NCBI GenBank assembly: GCA_051418015.1
Contig: JBPRGF010000019.1
Location: 1 to 64,000 of the forward strand
Length of the DNA: 64,000 nucleotides
Source: Candidatus Nitrospinota bacterium M3_3B_026
GTDB lineage: Bacteria; Nitrospinota_A; UBA7883; JBPRGF01
Direction of reading: 5' to 3'
Below the pieces are notes generated by a model. That model made no database searches and was not told where the DNA came from. It saw nothing but the letters and a program-made list of their open reading frames with translations. Below are positions 36,843 to 45,896 of the stretch, piece after piece (position 1 is the first letter of the stretch; each line of letters starts with the position of its first letter). Both the position numbers and the translations under genes were made by a program.

Positions 36843-38108
36843 ATGCCCGCCGCCACGCTGAAGGTCACCGCGAAGCTCCTGATACTGGACAGTTCGCAGG
36901 TCCTGGATCACGCATCGGTCATAGTCCACGGCGGCGCCGTCGCCGAAATCGGCCCCGCGGAGAGCCTGTCGAAGGTGAAGGCTGACCGGCGCCTGACGCT
37001 CGCGTCCCATGTTGTCCACCCCGGTCTTGTGAACGCCCATACGCATCTCGATCTTTCGTTTCTCAATGGCAGGCTCAAGCCCCGCGCGCCCTTCACGGAA
37101 TGGATACGCGCCCTCGCCGCCGCCCGGGCGGCTGCGGGAGGGGAGGCCGTCGATAGCGGGATACGGCGCGGGCTGGCGCGGCTCATGGCCGCCGGGACAA
37201 CGCTGGTGGGGGACATATCAACGGACGGACGGTCCATCCCGCTAATCATGGGGGCGGGCCTGCGCTCCGTGGTGTTCCACGAGACGCTCGGGTTCGCTTC
37301 ACGGCTCGCGGACTCCAGGATGGCGGAGCTTCGCGGGAGGGTGGAGTCCGCGCCATCCTCGCCTCTTTTGACCCACGGCGTCTCTCCCCACGCGGTCTAC
37401 TCCGTCTCGCCGCGGCTGATGCGCGCCGTGGCGCGATACGCGGTGCGGGGCGAAAGGCCGCTTGCCATCCACCTGCTGGAGACGCCGGAAGAGGGTCTGT
37501 TTTCGCGAAAAGGGACCGGCCCTTTCCGTGACCTGCTGGAGTCCTTCGGCGTGTTCGACCCCGCCTCCGTCCCCCGCTGCTCGCCGATGAACGCCGTCAA
37601 AAAATCCGGCGCCCTGAAAGGCGCGCTGGTCATACACTTCAACCACCCCGGGCGGGGCGGCTTGGCGGCGCTGGAAAGAGAAGGAGCGAAGGTCGTGGTG
37701 TGCCCTCTCTCCAACCGCTGGTTCGGACGGGAGATGACCGCTCCCGTCCACGATATACTCGACAGGAAAATCCCCCTCGCCCTCGGGACGGACAGCCTCG
37801 CCTCCAACACGGACCTCGACGTCGCCGCCGAGGCGCGGGCGCTGATGAGAGAATACGGGGATATCGGCCTGGCGAAGGCTTTCGAGATCGCCACCGAGGG
37901 GGGCGCGAAGGCGCTCGGCTTCCCCGAAGGGTGCGGGACGCTGCGGCCCGGCGCGCCCTTCGACGCGGCGGCGGTTCTGGTAAAATCCGGGCGGAGGGTA
38001 AACCCGCTCAGGGCGGCGCTTGCCAGGGGCCGCCGGGTGGAAAGGCTCTGGGTGGCAGGGCGTGAGTTGAAAAACAAGGAAAACCCTCGCGCAGTCCGGC
38101 CGCTATAG
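36843..38108 (+). CDS. Amidohydrolase / metal-dependent deaminase
   Basis: PGLVNAHTHL, SPHAVYSVS, IHLLET, LGTDSLAS. Confidence 0.88.
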   Translation: MPAATLKVTAKLLILDSSQVLDHASVIVHGGAVAEIGPAESLSKVKADRRLTLASHVVHPGLVNAHTHLDLSFLNGRLKPRAPFTEWIRALAAARAAAGGEAVDSGIRRGLARLMAAGTTLVGDISTDGRSIPLIMGAGLRSVVFHETLGFASRLADSRMAELRGRVESAPSSPLLTHGVSPHAVYSVSPRLMRAVARYAVRGERPLAIHLLETPEEGLFSRKGTGPFRDLLESFGVFDPASVPRCSPMNAVKKSGALKGALVIHFNHPGRGGLAALEREGAKVVVCPLSNRWFGREMTAPVHDILDRKIPLALGTDSLASNTDLDVAAEARALMREYGDIGLAKAFEIATEGGAKALGFPEGCGTLRPGAPFDAAAVLVKSGRRVNPLRAALARGRRVERLWVAGRELKNKENPRAVRPL

Positions 38109-38111
38109 CTT

Positions 38112-38194
38112 GTCGTCGTCCTGAGCGAAGTGAAGGACCTTGATTTCATTAAAAGGCAAGGTCTCTCGCCGAAAGGCCCGGGAAGGCGAAGACA
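38112..38194. repeat. Degenerate REP/MITE-like intergenic stem-loop
   Basis: GTCGTCCTGAGCGAAGTGAAGGACCTTG..CAAGGTCTCTCG resembles GTCATCCTGAGCGAAGCGAAGGATCT-type dispersed repeats; internal inverted repeat GACCTTG/CAAGGTC. Confidence 0.45.
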
Positions 38195-38247
38195 GAGAAA
38201 ACCGCTGTTTGCTCCAAGGTTCCGACGAGAAGGAGGTTCTGACAAAG

Positions 38248-39645
38248 ATGGGCGACATAAGGATAGATTACACGAACGTCATGGCCTCCGCCGTTGGGGA
38301 AGAAAACGGCCTCGCGGACGAGCAGCTCAAGGCCCTGAAGGGGCGCGCCCGGCGGATACACCGCGAGCTTCAGGCCAGGCGGCGCAAGGGCGAGCTGCCT
38401 TTTTATGAACTGCCGTACAAGGCCGCCGAGGCCGAAAAGGTCAAAAAAGCCGCCAGGGTGATCCGGAAAGAGTTCAACACCATGGTAGTCCTCGGGATCG
38501 GCGGCTCCGCGCTGGGGACGACGGCGCTTTTCACCGCCCTCAAAAGCAGTTCCCACAACAGCCTGCCCGCCGGGAAAAGGGGCGGCGTCAGGCTCCACGT
38601 GGCGGACAACATCGACCCGGACCAGTTCGGCGAACTGCTGGGCTCCATCAGGCCGAAGGAGACCGTCTTCAACGTGATATCGAAGAGCGGGGCCACGGCG
38701 GAGACGATGAGCCAGTTTCTGATCGTGGCGGACCTCCTCAAAAAAAAGCTGGGGCGAGGCTGGAAAAAACACGTCGTCGTGACCACGGACGAAAAGTCCG
38801 GCCCGCTCCGGGCCATCGTGAATAGATTCAGGCTCAAATCCTTCATCGTGCCAGAGGGCGTCGGCGGCAGGTTCACGGTGTTGACCCCTGTCTCCCTGCT
38901 GCCCGCCGCCGCGGCGGGGGTGGACATAGCGCAGCTTCTGCGCGGCGCGGCGAGGATGGAGGAGAGGACGTGGGAAGAAGACCTAATGAAAAACCCGGCC
39001 AGTCTCCTCGCCGCCATTCATTACCTGCTGGACACGGCGAAAGGCAAAAAAATAACGGTGATGATGCCGTACTCCGGCAGGCTGCGCGACGTGGCGGACT
39101 GGTTCCGCCAGCTCTGGGCGGAATCGCTCGGCAAGAGACTGGACCTCGACGGCGCCCCAGTTCATGTCGGGCAGACGCCCGTCAAGGCCCTCGGCGCCAC
39201 CGACCAGCACTCGCAGGTCCAGCTCTACGTGGAGGGGCCTTTCGACAAGCTGGTCTGTTTCCTGGAGGTGGAGCGTTTCGAAAAGGACCTTCCCATCCCG
39301 AAAGGCTTCGAGGACCAGCCGGGGGTTGCCTACCTTGGCGGCCATTCTTTAGGGGAGCTTATGAACGTGGAGAAGCGGGGGACGGAATACGCCCTGACGG
39401 TGAACCGGAGGCCGAACATGACCATAAAGGTCCCCGAGGTAAGCGCGCACACGGTGGGGCAGCTTCTATACCTTCTGGAGGCCGCCACGGCCTTCGCCGG
39501 GGGGTTGTATAAAGTCAACGCCTTCGACCAGCCCGGAGTGGAGTTCGGCAAGCAGTACACGTACGCCATGATGGGCAAGCCTGGGAGCGAGGGCGGGCGC
39601 GCCGAATTCGAGCGGGCCTCCGGAGTGGAGCGGAGGATTTTGTAG
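38248..39645 (+). CDS. pgi: Glucose-6-phosphate isomerase
   Basis: LGIGGSALG, ISKSG.TAET, VGGRF, QLWAESLGK, DQHSQVQL, FDQPGVE.GK; start at ATG 38248 after AGGAGG. Confidence 0.96.
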   Translation: MGDIRIDYTNVMASAVGEENGLADEQLKALKGRARRIHRELQARRRKGELPFYELPYKAAEAEKVKKAARVIRKEFNTMVVLGIGGSALGTTALFTALKSSSHNSLPAGKRGGVRLHVADNIDPDQFGELLGSIRPKETVFNVISKSGATAETMSQFLIVADLLKKKLGRGWKKHVVVTTDEKSGPLRAIVNRFRLKSFIVPEGVGGRFTVLTPVSLLPAAAAGVDIAQLLRGAARMEERTWEEDLMKNPASLLAAIHYLLDTAKGKKITVMMPYSGRLRDVADWFRQLWAESLGKRLDLDGAPVHVGQTPVKALGATDQHSQVQLYVEGPFDKLVCFLEVERFEKDLPIPKGFEDQPGVAYLGGHSLGELMNVEKRGTEYALTVNRRPNMTIKVPEVSAHTVGQLLYLLEAATAFAGGLYKVNAFDQPGVEFGKQYTYAMMGKPGSEGGRAEFERASGVERRIL

Positions 39646-39651
39646 CGGGAT

Positions 39652-39684
39652 AAAAAAAGACCCCCAATGGGTATGGGGGCCTTC
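39652..39684 (-). terminator. Intrinsic terminator between convergent pgi and dsrE
   Basis: Minus strand GGCCCCCA-tacccat-TGGGGGTC followed by a T tract. Confidence 0.7.
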
Positions 39685-39713
39685 ACGGCGCGCAGTTTCG
39701 AAGCCGCGCCTTG

Positions 39714-40205
39714 CTAGACGAAAAGCTGTATATCTGATTCCGCTGCGTAGTCGAGGAAAGCAGCCGCGCCGCCCACCTCGATGCCGTCGATCAATTCCTC
39801 TTTTTTGATCCCCATCACATCCATGGTCATCTGGCAGCCGATCATCCTGACACCGCTTTTAACGCAGGAGTCCAGCAGGGAGGGGATGGTGGCCACGTTG
39901 GCCTTGCTCATCCAGCTGTTCATCATCGCCGTGGCGACGCTCGTCATGCCGGGCAGGACGCCCAGTATGTTCGGAACGGACATGCCAGGGATGGGGTCCG
40001 GCATGGCGGGGTTTGCAAGCGGAGGCACCTTCAGCGATTTGTATTTGTGCTTGTTGATGATATCAAGCCCATAAAAGGTGAAAAATATTCCCGCCTCCAT
40101 ATCCATCGCCACGGCCGTCGAGGCCAGGATGAGCGGCGGATACGCCATGTCCAGCGTGCCCTTGGAGGCGATCAGGGCGATGCGCTTTGGCTTTTCGTCT
40201 GCCAT
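39714..40205 (-). CDS. DsrE2/DrsE-like sulfur-carrier protein
   Basis: KGTLDMAYPPLILASTA, FFTFYGL, GCQMTMD, GAAAFL. Confidence 0.9.
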   Translation of the reverse strand: MADEKPKRIALIASKGTLDMAYPPLILASTAVAMDMEAGIFFTFYGLDIINKHKYKSLKVPPLANPAMPDPIPGMSVPNILGVLPGMTSVATAMMNSWMSKANVATIPSLLDSCVKSGVRMIGCQMTMDVMGIKKEELIDGIEVGGAAAFLDYAAESDIQLFV

Positions 40206-40233
40206 TTAAGACTCCTTTATTCAAGTAGTTCCC

Positions 40234-40566
40234 TCAGCCCTTCTGCACGAAGAACTGGTACACGCCTTCCTTTTCGCTGGATCCCAGAATCTTGTTGCCC
40301 GTCCGCTTGGACCATGCGGACATATCGCTGACCGAGCCGGGATCCGTCGCCAGCATCTCCAGCACCTGCCCGGAGGAGAGCTCGTTCATGGCCATTTTGA
40401 CCCGCAAAATGGGCTCTGGACACGTAAGCCCCTTGCAATCAAGTGTTTTTGTCACATCCATACCCGCGCCTCCTTCGCCGGAGCTTTCCGCCTGTTCGGC
40501 GGCCGCGGTGGGTTTTTCCTCTTTTTTTTCCTCTTCCTTGGATTTCCCCCATCCGAAAAGAGCCAT
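40234..40566 (-). CDS. tusA: TusA-family sulfurtransferase with N-terminal extension
   Basis: LDCKGLTCPEP, ATDPGS..DMSAW; start at ATG 40566 after AAGGAG. Confidence 0.9.
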   Translation of the reverse strand: MALFGWGKSKEEEKKEEKPTAAAEQAESSGEGGAGMDVTKTLDCKGLTCPEPILRVKMAMNELSSGQVLEMLATDPGSVSDMSAWSKRTGNKILGSSEKEGVYQFFVQKG

Positions 40567-40816
40567 AAACTTCTCCTTTATAAAATCAGGTTGCCTGGCC
40601 GAAAACGCGGGGTTCCCCAACTGTCAGCCGCAATTTCGCATGACCGGGATACATTATATTCCAGATGCTTTATAGATTCTAAGGAATCCGAATGGATTCA
40701 CAAAGCGTCTCCGGGGGAGCGAAGCCCCCCACGGAGACTGACGGGGTGGGGGCAATAGCTTGAATTTTAAGTGAGACATTCCCCGCGAGTTTGCCCGGGC
40801 GGGTGGGGGAGGGCGG

Positions 40817-41266
40817 CTATCCGGCCATCGTGGCCGACTCGGTATTCTGTATGATTCTGTGCTTGGTGGTGTAACCGCCTTCGTTGTTAAGCATCTGCCT
40901 GGCGAGCTTCGTGGCCTTGTTCATGACCAGCGGCCCCTGCAGGTTGGCGGTCATCTGGTAGGGATCCTCCGGAATTGTGACAACGACGCGGACGGCCAGG
41001 TCCGAGAGTTTTTCGGCGTTGAGGCTTTTCATCTCCTCCCTGGAGAGGTTGACCCTGTAGTCCGGCATGAACAGCGCCGGATCCATGACGATGAACCCCA
41101 GGTTCGGCTCGTCCACCGCCTGCAAAAGCCTCAGGGGAGAGCCTTCCAGGAACTCAAGCTCCACGTACCGCTTATAATCGGGGAACCCTATTATCCCTTC
41201 GGGTAAGGTTATTATCCCCTCGGCGTCTATCTCGATCTCACCTGCGCGGGCGGATTTTATTCTCAT
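40817..41266 (-). CDS. fliW: Flagellar assembly factor FliW
   Basis: LPEGIIGFP, LQAVDEP.LGF, TANLQGPLVMN. Confidence 0.93.
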   Translation of the reverse strand: MRIKSARAGEIEIDAEGIITLPEGIIGFPDYKRYVELEFLEGSPLRLLQAVDEPNLGFIVMDPALFMPDYRVNLSREEMKSLNAEKLSDLAVRVVVTIPEDPYQMTANLQGPLVMNKATKLARQMLNNEGGYTTKHRIIQNTESATMAG

Positions 41267-41520
41267 CCTGTCTTCTCACCTTCTTCCGGCTTTTTCTTCG
41301 GGAACACGCCCGCCAGCTTGTCCATGTTTATCGGCTCCAGGACGGCGGCGCGGCGGTTTTCCTCCTGTATTTTGGCGTAAACCTCCTCCCGGTGTATCGT
41401 CATGTTTCTGGGCGCTTCTATGCCAAGGCGCACCTGTCTGCCCTTGATGTCTATGACGGATATCTTGATGTCGTCGCCGATGGTGACGGACTCGCCCAGC
41501 TTCCTTGTCAGAACCAGCAT
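41263..41520 (-). CDS. csrA: Carbon storage regulator
   Basis: MLVLTRKLGESVTIGDDI..VRLGIEAP..IHREE. Confidence 0.97.
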   Translation of the reverse strand: MLVLTRKLGESVTIGDDIKISVIDIKGRQVRLGIEAPRNMTIHREEVYAKIQEENRRAAVLEPINMDKLAGVFPKKKPEEGEKTG

Positions 41521-41585
41521 CCGGAACCCTCCATGGTTTTCTCAGGCGTCCTGCGTCGCGGGCCATCCTAAAGCTCCTCTCCGGA

Positions 41586-43118
41586 TCAGATGAAATCCAG
41601 CAAGCTGGGCTGTATGATCGCCGCCGACGATTTCAACGTCGCCTGGTAGGCCGTCTGCAACATCGCAAGCTCGCTGGCCGACTCCACGAAATCGGCGTCC
41701 TCGACCTGTGATTTAAGCTTGGTGTTGTCGAACTTCGACTGCTCGACGGCCTCCCGGGTCGTGACGACCTGCCTCGCGCGCGACCCCACTTGCCCCCTCA
41801 CGGAGCTGGTGTTTCCCATCGTGGAGCCGAGCAGGTCGATCGCGCCTAGTATAGCCGTTGTGTCGTCGGCTTTCAAGGCGGCGGAGAGCGTCTGGAGAAC
41901 CGGTATGACGTTTTGCCCTCCCCCTATCCCTAAAAGCTCCGCGGTGTCGCCCACGCCGGTCTCCTTCGCGAACGCGACGGTGTTCGGGTCTGTGGAGCTT
42001 ACGGAAAGCTTCCTGCCGGAGGCGTCTATCGAGGCGGATACGTTGATCCCCGCGCCGGCGGCGTTTATGGAGGTTATGACGTCCTGGACAGTGGTGGCGC
42101 CGGCGAAGGAGACCGTGGCGGACGCGCCGCCGTTCACCAGGGTTATGTCGCTGAGGGTCATGCCGTCTCCGCCGTACAGGTCGCTTACCAGCGTGGAGCC
42201 TGTGACGTCCGGGTCAAGGTCGTCGCCGGTGAAGACGCTGGTGTTCCTGCTTCCTTCGATCCCGAGCGCCCCAGCCGTCCCGGCGCCGCCGTCAGTTATG
42301 GATAAAGCCTGGGTCGGCGTGGCGGTGGCGTCCGTCAGGACGAGGGCCGTCCCGTCGGAGGAGACGGAGGCGGTGACGTTCAGCCCGGAGGCGTTGATTG
42401 CCGATATCACGTCCTCGACGTCGCCGGTGGCGGCCATGGCCGCGGTGACGGTGATGACGGCGGAGGCGCCGGCCCTGTCGGTGATCGTGAAATTGCCCGC
42501 CGGGACGCCGGAGCCGCCGTTCAGGCCGGAAAGGAGCGTCCCGTTGTTGGCGGAGGAGACGGCGGGGTTCATGTCCGTGGTCAGAAACTCCGAGGCGCGC
42601 ACGGATATGGGGATGGTCAGCCCGTCGGTTATCTCCGCCCTCATGTTCTTGCCGGAGCCGGCGTAGGCGCCATTGGCGTCGACGGCCTCCGCCTCCGAGC
42701 GCTGGCCGGAGAACAGGTACCGGTCTCCCACCCTGGTGTTGCCGGACTGGATCATCTGTTCGATCATGGTGTCGATCTCGTCGGCGGCGTTGAGCCTCGT
42801 CTGGGCGCTGGCGAGGCCCCCGGACTGCTGGAGGGTCAGCTCCTTGGCCCTCTTCAGGGCGTCATGGACGGAGCCTATGACCGAGTCCGCCGTGTTCAGA
42901 AACGACTCGGCGTTCTCCATGACCTTGAGGTACTGGCCGGACTGGCCTATGTCGGTACGGAACTTGAGGACCTCCATCATCCCCACGGGATCGTCGCTGG
43001 GCCTGTTTATGCGCTTGCCGGAGGAGATCTCCTCCTGCGCCTTCAGGAGCCCCTGGTTGTTGCGGAAGGCGTTTATCAGGGTGTTGTTGTACATCATCCG
43101 GTTGCTTATCCGAAACAT
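41586..43118 (-). CDS. flgL: Hook-associated protein 3
   Basis: ISSGKRINRPSDDP, YLFSG, QTAYQATLK..QPSLLDFI. Confidence 0.93.
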   Translation of the reverse strand: MFRISNRMMYNNTLINAFRNNQGLLKAQEEISSGKRINRPSDDPVGMMEVLKFRTDIGQSGQYLKVMENAESFLNTADSVIGSVHDALKRAKELTLQQSGGLASAQTRLNAADEIDTMIEQMIQSGNTRVGDRYLFSGQRSEAEAVDANGAYAGSGKNMRAEITDGLTIPISVRASEFLTTDMNPAVSSANNGTLLSGLNGGSGVPAGNFTITDRAGASAVITVTAAMAATGDVEDVISAINASGLNVTASVSSDGTALVLTDATATPTQALSITDGGAGTAGALGIEGSRNTSVFTGDDLDPDVTGSTLVSDLYGGDGMTLSDITLVNGGASATVSFAGATTVQDVITSINAAGAGINVSASIDASGRKLSVSSTDPNTVAFAKETGVGDTAELLGIGGGQNVIPVLQTLSAALKADDTTAILGAIDLLGSTMGNTSSVRGQVGSRARQVVTTREAVEQSKFDNTKLKSQVEDADFVESASELAMLQTAYQATLKSSAAIIQPSLLDFI

Positions 43119-43155
43119 CGCCTCACCTTCTTCGGTATCGGGGCCTTTTCAATTA

Positions 43156-43183
43156 ATATCGGAAAAAGGCGCGAAAAGGCTTA
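43156..43183 (-). promoter_or_regulatory. Possible internal sigma28 promoter before flgL
   Basis: Minus strand TAAG-N16-TCCGATAT in the flgK-flgL gap. Confidence 0.45.
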
Positions 43184-43196
43184 GAGAAAGTTTCCG

Positions 43197-44888
43197 TCAC
43201 CGCCCCAGCGCCACCAGCGTCTGCAACAGCTCGTCCAGCACGCCCACGAGGCGCGCGCTGGCCTGGTAGGCGTGCTGGTTTTTTATGAGGTTGACCATCT
43301 CCTCATCCAGCGACACCCCAGCCACCTGCTCGCGGCGGTTGTCCAGCTCGAAGTTTATAAGCTCCTGCTGGTTGTACGTGGAGTCGGCCTCCTTGGCCGA
43401 CACGCCCACCTGCCCCACCATGGAGTTGTAATACTCGGCGAAGGTGGCCGTGCCCGAGGCGGCGGCGGTGGCCTTGTTCATGGTCATCTCGCTCTGGACC
43501 TGGGCGATCCTGAGGGCGTTGTCCCCGTCGCCCTGCGTTGTCGTAAGCCCGGCGGCCACCTTGTTCGGGTCGGTGACCAGGGCGCTGTTCACGGACATGT
43601 TGATGGAGGCGTCCTGTGCGGCGTTGACGGTGAAGGTGTCGCCGTCCTGCGGGGCGCCGGTGATGGCCACCTGGATCCCCTGTCCCAGGAAGTAGTTTAT
43701 GTTATTGCCGGAAACATAGGCCTCGGTGGCCACGGTGGTCCCGTTGGACCGGTCCTGGATCACGAGGTTCCCGCCGTTATAGGTCACCTGGAACTTGTGC
43801 AGGTTCACGTTCCCGGGATCGACTATCGTCCCCGTTCCGATGGCCCCCGTCCCCTGGTTGTCCCTGCCGTTGGAGACGCCGACGGAAAGTCCGGAGAAAA
43901 AGTCCTGCCCGGTGCTCCCGTCGAGGCCGAAACCCTCGCCGTGCAGGCTGTTTATGTCCCGAGCCATGGTGGCGGCGAGCAGGTCGAGCTTGTCGATATA
44001 GCCCGCCACCTCGGTGTCGCGCATGTATATCCAGGACGCCATGGCCCCGTCCTGTATCTCGCTTGTTATGTCATAGCTGGTTCCGGAGGCGTCGTTCCAG
44101 TAGACGTCGCTCGCCAGGGGGTCGTCGGAGCGGACGCGGGTGGTCAGCTCGAAGGCGGTCTGCCCGATGACAAGCGGCCTGCCGCCTTTCATGGTGACCA
44201 TCACCTCGTTGTTGGAGTCCTCCACCACGTTCACGTCCACGTAGCCGGAAAGCTCCCGGATCAGCGCCTCGCGCTTGTCGCGGAAGTCGTTGGCGTGGAC
44301 GCCGAAAACCTCGGTCTCGTGGATCATCTGGTTCATCCTGACGACCTCGGAGGAGAGGCGGTTTATCTCCGTGACCGTGGAGGTGACCTTGGTGTCCAGG
44401 TCCTCCCGCAGGTTTTTCATGTCCTGGTTGAGCTTGTTGAAGAACGTGGCCATGTTGCGCCCCTGGGATATGACGTCCGTCCGCTCTGTCAGGCCGCGGG
44501 GGTTGAAGGCCAGGTTGCGCCAGGAGAGGAAGAACTGGTCGAACAGGTTGTTCAGGCCCTTCTCGCTCGACTCGTTGAACACCACCTCCAGCCTGGAAAG
44601 GAAATCCTGCTTGGCGTCCCAGTAGGCCGTGGTGGAGCTGTTGGTCAGCCTCTGGCCCTCCAGGAACTGGTCGTAGTGACGGACGATCGACGTGGCGCGG
44701 ACGCCGGTCCCTATCATCCCCGGAACGCCGCCGGGCTGTATGGGGAACGCCGCCTCCAGCTGGAGCTGCTGCCGGGTGAAGTCGGGGTTGTTGACGTTGG
44801 ATATGTTCTGGCCCGTGACATCCAGGGCGATCTGGTGGGTCAGCAGGGACATCTTGGCGATGTTCAGCGCGCCGTATACGTTCGGCAT
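43197..44888 (-). CDS. flgK: Hook-associated protein 1
   Basis: TGQNISNVN..TRQ, GTGV, GVSLDEEMVNL..QHAYQASAR. Confidence 0.95.
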   Translation of the reverse strand: MPNVYGALNIAKMSLLTHQIALDVTGQNISNVNNPDFTRQQLQLEAAFPIQPGGVPGMIGTGVRATSIVRHYDQFLEGQRLTNSSTTAYWDAKQDFLSRLEVVFNESSEKGLNNLFDQFFLSWRNLAFNPRGLTERTDVISQGRNMATFFNKLNQDMKNLREDLDTKVTSTVTEINRLSSEVVRMNQMIHETEVFGVHANDFRDKREALIRELSGYVDVNVVEDSNNEVMVTMKGGRPLVIGQTAFELTTRVRSDDPLASDVYWNDASGTSYDITSEIQDGAMASWIYMRDTEVAGYIDKLDLLAATMARDINSLHGEGFGLDGSTGQDFFSGLSVGVSNGRDNQGTGAIGTGTIVDPGNVNLHKFQVTYNGGNLVIQDRSNGTTVATEAYVSGNNINYFLGQGIQVAITGAPQDGDTFTVNAAQDASINMSVNSALVTDPNKVAAGLTTTQGDGDNALRIAQVQSEMTMNKATAAASGTATFAEYYNSMVGQVGVSAKEADSTYNQQELINFELDNRREQVAGVSLDEEMVNLIKNQHAYQASARLVGVLDELLQTLVALGR

Positions 44889-44903
44889 GATCTCCTCCCC
44901 GCT

Positions 44904-45422
44904 CTAAAACTTCCTGTTCACCACGCGGCCGGGCTTGAGCTTGCCGTTCGAGGCGCCGTTCCGGGCGTAGGTGGACTCCGGCGCTGCCAACTCCTGCAGC
45001 TTCAGCGCGGCCTGGTAGTTCAGCCTCATCAGGCGCTCCAAAAGGCCGCGGTTGAATTCGTTCATCTTGGTGACGCTCTCCACCTTGCCGCGCAGCAGGA
45101 CGCGAAGGTCGAGGAGCCTGGCCCTGGTCTCTCCGGCCAGAAAATCGGATATCCCCGCTATCGTAAGCTCGTCCTCCGGCGTCCCGGTCTTTTCGGATAT
45201 CCTCCGCAGAAGCCCCAGCCTGGCGCTGTCCAGGGCCTTTATCCTGGCGGCGACGCCGGTCTTGCTCCTCACGGCGGCGTCGAGGTCGTCGAGCGAATGG
45301 TTCTTTATGGCGGCGCGCTCAGCCTCGAGGGCTTTTTCCATGCCCCCGTAGAGGTCGACGTTCAGCGCCAGCGTGTCAGCAAGCTCGCTGGCCAGATTCT
45401 TGATATCCTTGTCCGTTTTCAT
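44904..45422 (-). CDS. flgN: FlgN-like export chaperone
   Basis: Helical protein between flgJ and flgK; N..N..L pattern (MNEFNRGLL), TY..NG tail. Confidence 0.75.
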   Translation of the reverse strand: MKTDKDIKNLASELADTLALNVDLYGGMEKALEAERAAIKNHSLDDLDAAVRSKTGVAARIKALDSARLGLLRRISEKTGTPEDELTIAGISDFLAGETRARLLDLRVLLRGKVESVTKMNEFNRGLLERLMRLNYQAALKLQELAAPESTYARNGASNGKLKPGRVVNRKF

Positions 45423-45432
45423 CCTGGTTCTC

Positions 45433-45825
45433 TTATCGGCGTCCCGGCTCGCCGGCTGGAGGATTTTTTGGCCCGGAGCCGTCGTCCTCTAACGCTGGCA
45501 TAAGCTGCGCCACCAGCGCCGAAGAGAGGCCGTCATGCTGGGAAAAGGCCATCTCCCGCGCCATCTTTTCGTCCAGCATGTCGGTGAATATCCTCTCGCC
45601 GGAACTTTCCTTTATAAGCCCGCTCTTTTCGACGGTGGACCTCATGCTCTTTATCATCTGGTGGAAAAGGATCGACTCGAACTCCTTCGCCAGCACCTCA
45701 AGCTTTTCCTTTTCCGAAATGCTCTTGTCGCCGGAGAGGGACTCCAGCTCCTTCAGGCCAAGCCCCCGGGACGCCTGACGGGGTTTCCCGGCGGCCTGAA
45801 CGTTCCCCGCGGAGTTTATGTCCAT
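45433..45825 (-). CDS. flgJ: FlgJ rod-binding protein (no muramidase domain)
   Basis: AKEFESIL..QMIKSMRST, FTDMLDE, GLS..LVAQL. Confidence 0.85.
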   Translation of the reverse strand: MDINSAGNVQAAGKPRQASRGLGLKELESLSGDKSISEKEKLEVLAKEFESILFHQMIKSMRSTVEKSGLIKESSGERIFTDMLDEKMAREMAFSQHDGLSSALVAQLMPALEDDGSGPKNPPAGEPGRR

Positions 45826-45896
45826 AGCTTGCCTGTCCTTAGTCCTCGTCAAAGGGTGTATGCAGGTTGGGCGCCGAAAACGAAAAAACACCCCGG

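Noticed and set aside
43272..45503. 743-aa plus-strand ORF, and similar long shadow ORFs such as 57374-59488 and 30637-31848
   Set aside because: Antisense shadows of flgK/flgN, acs and flgE caused by high-GC codon bias
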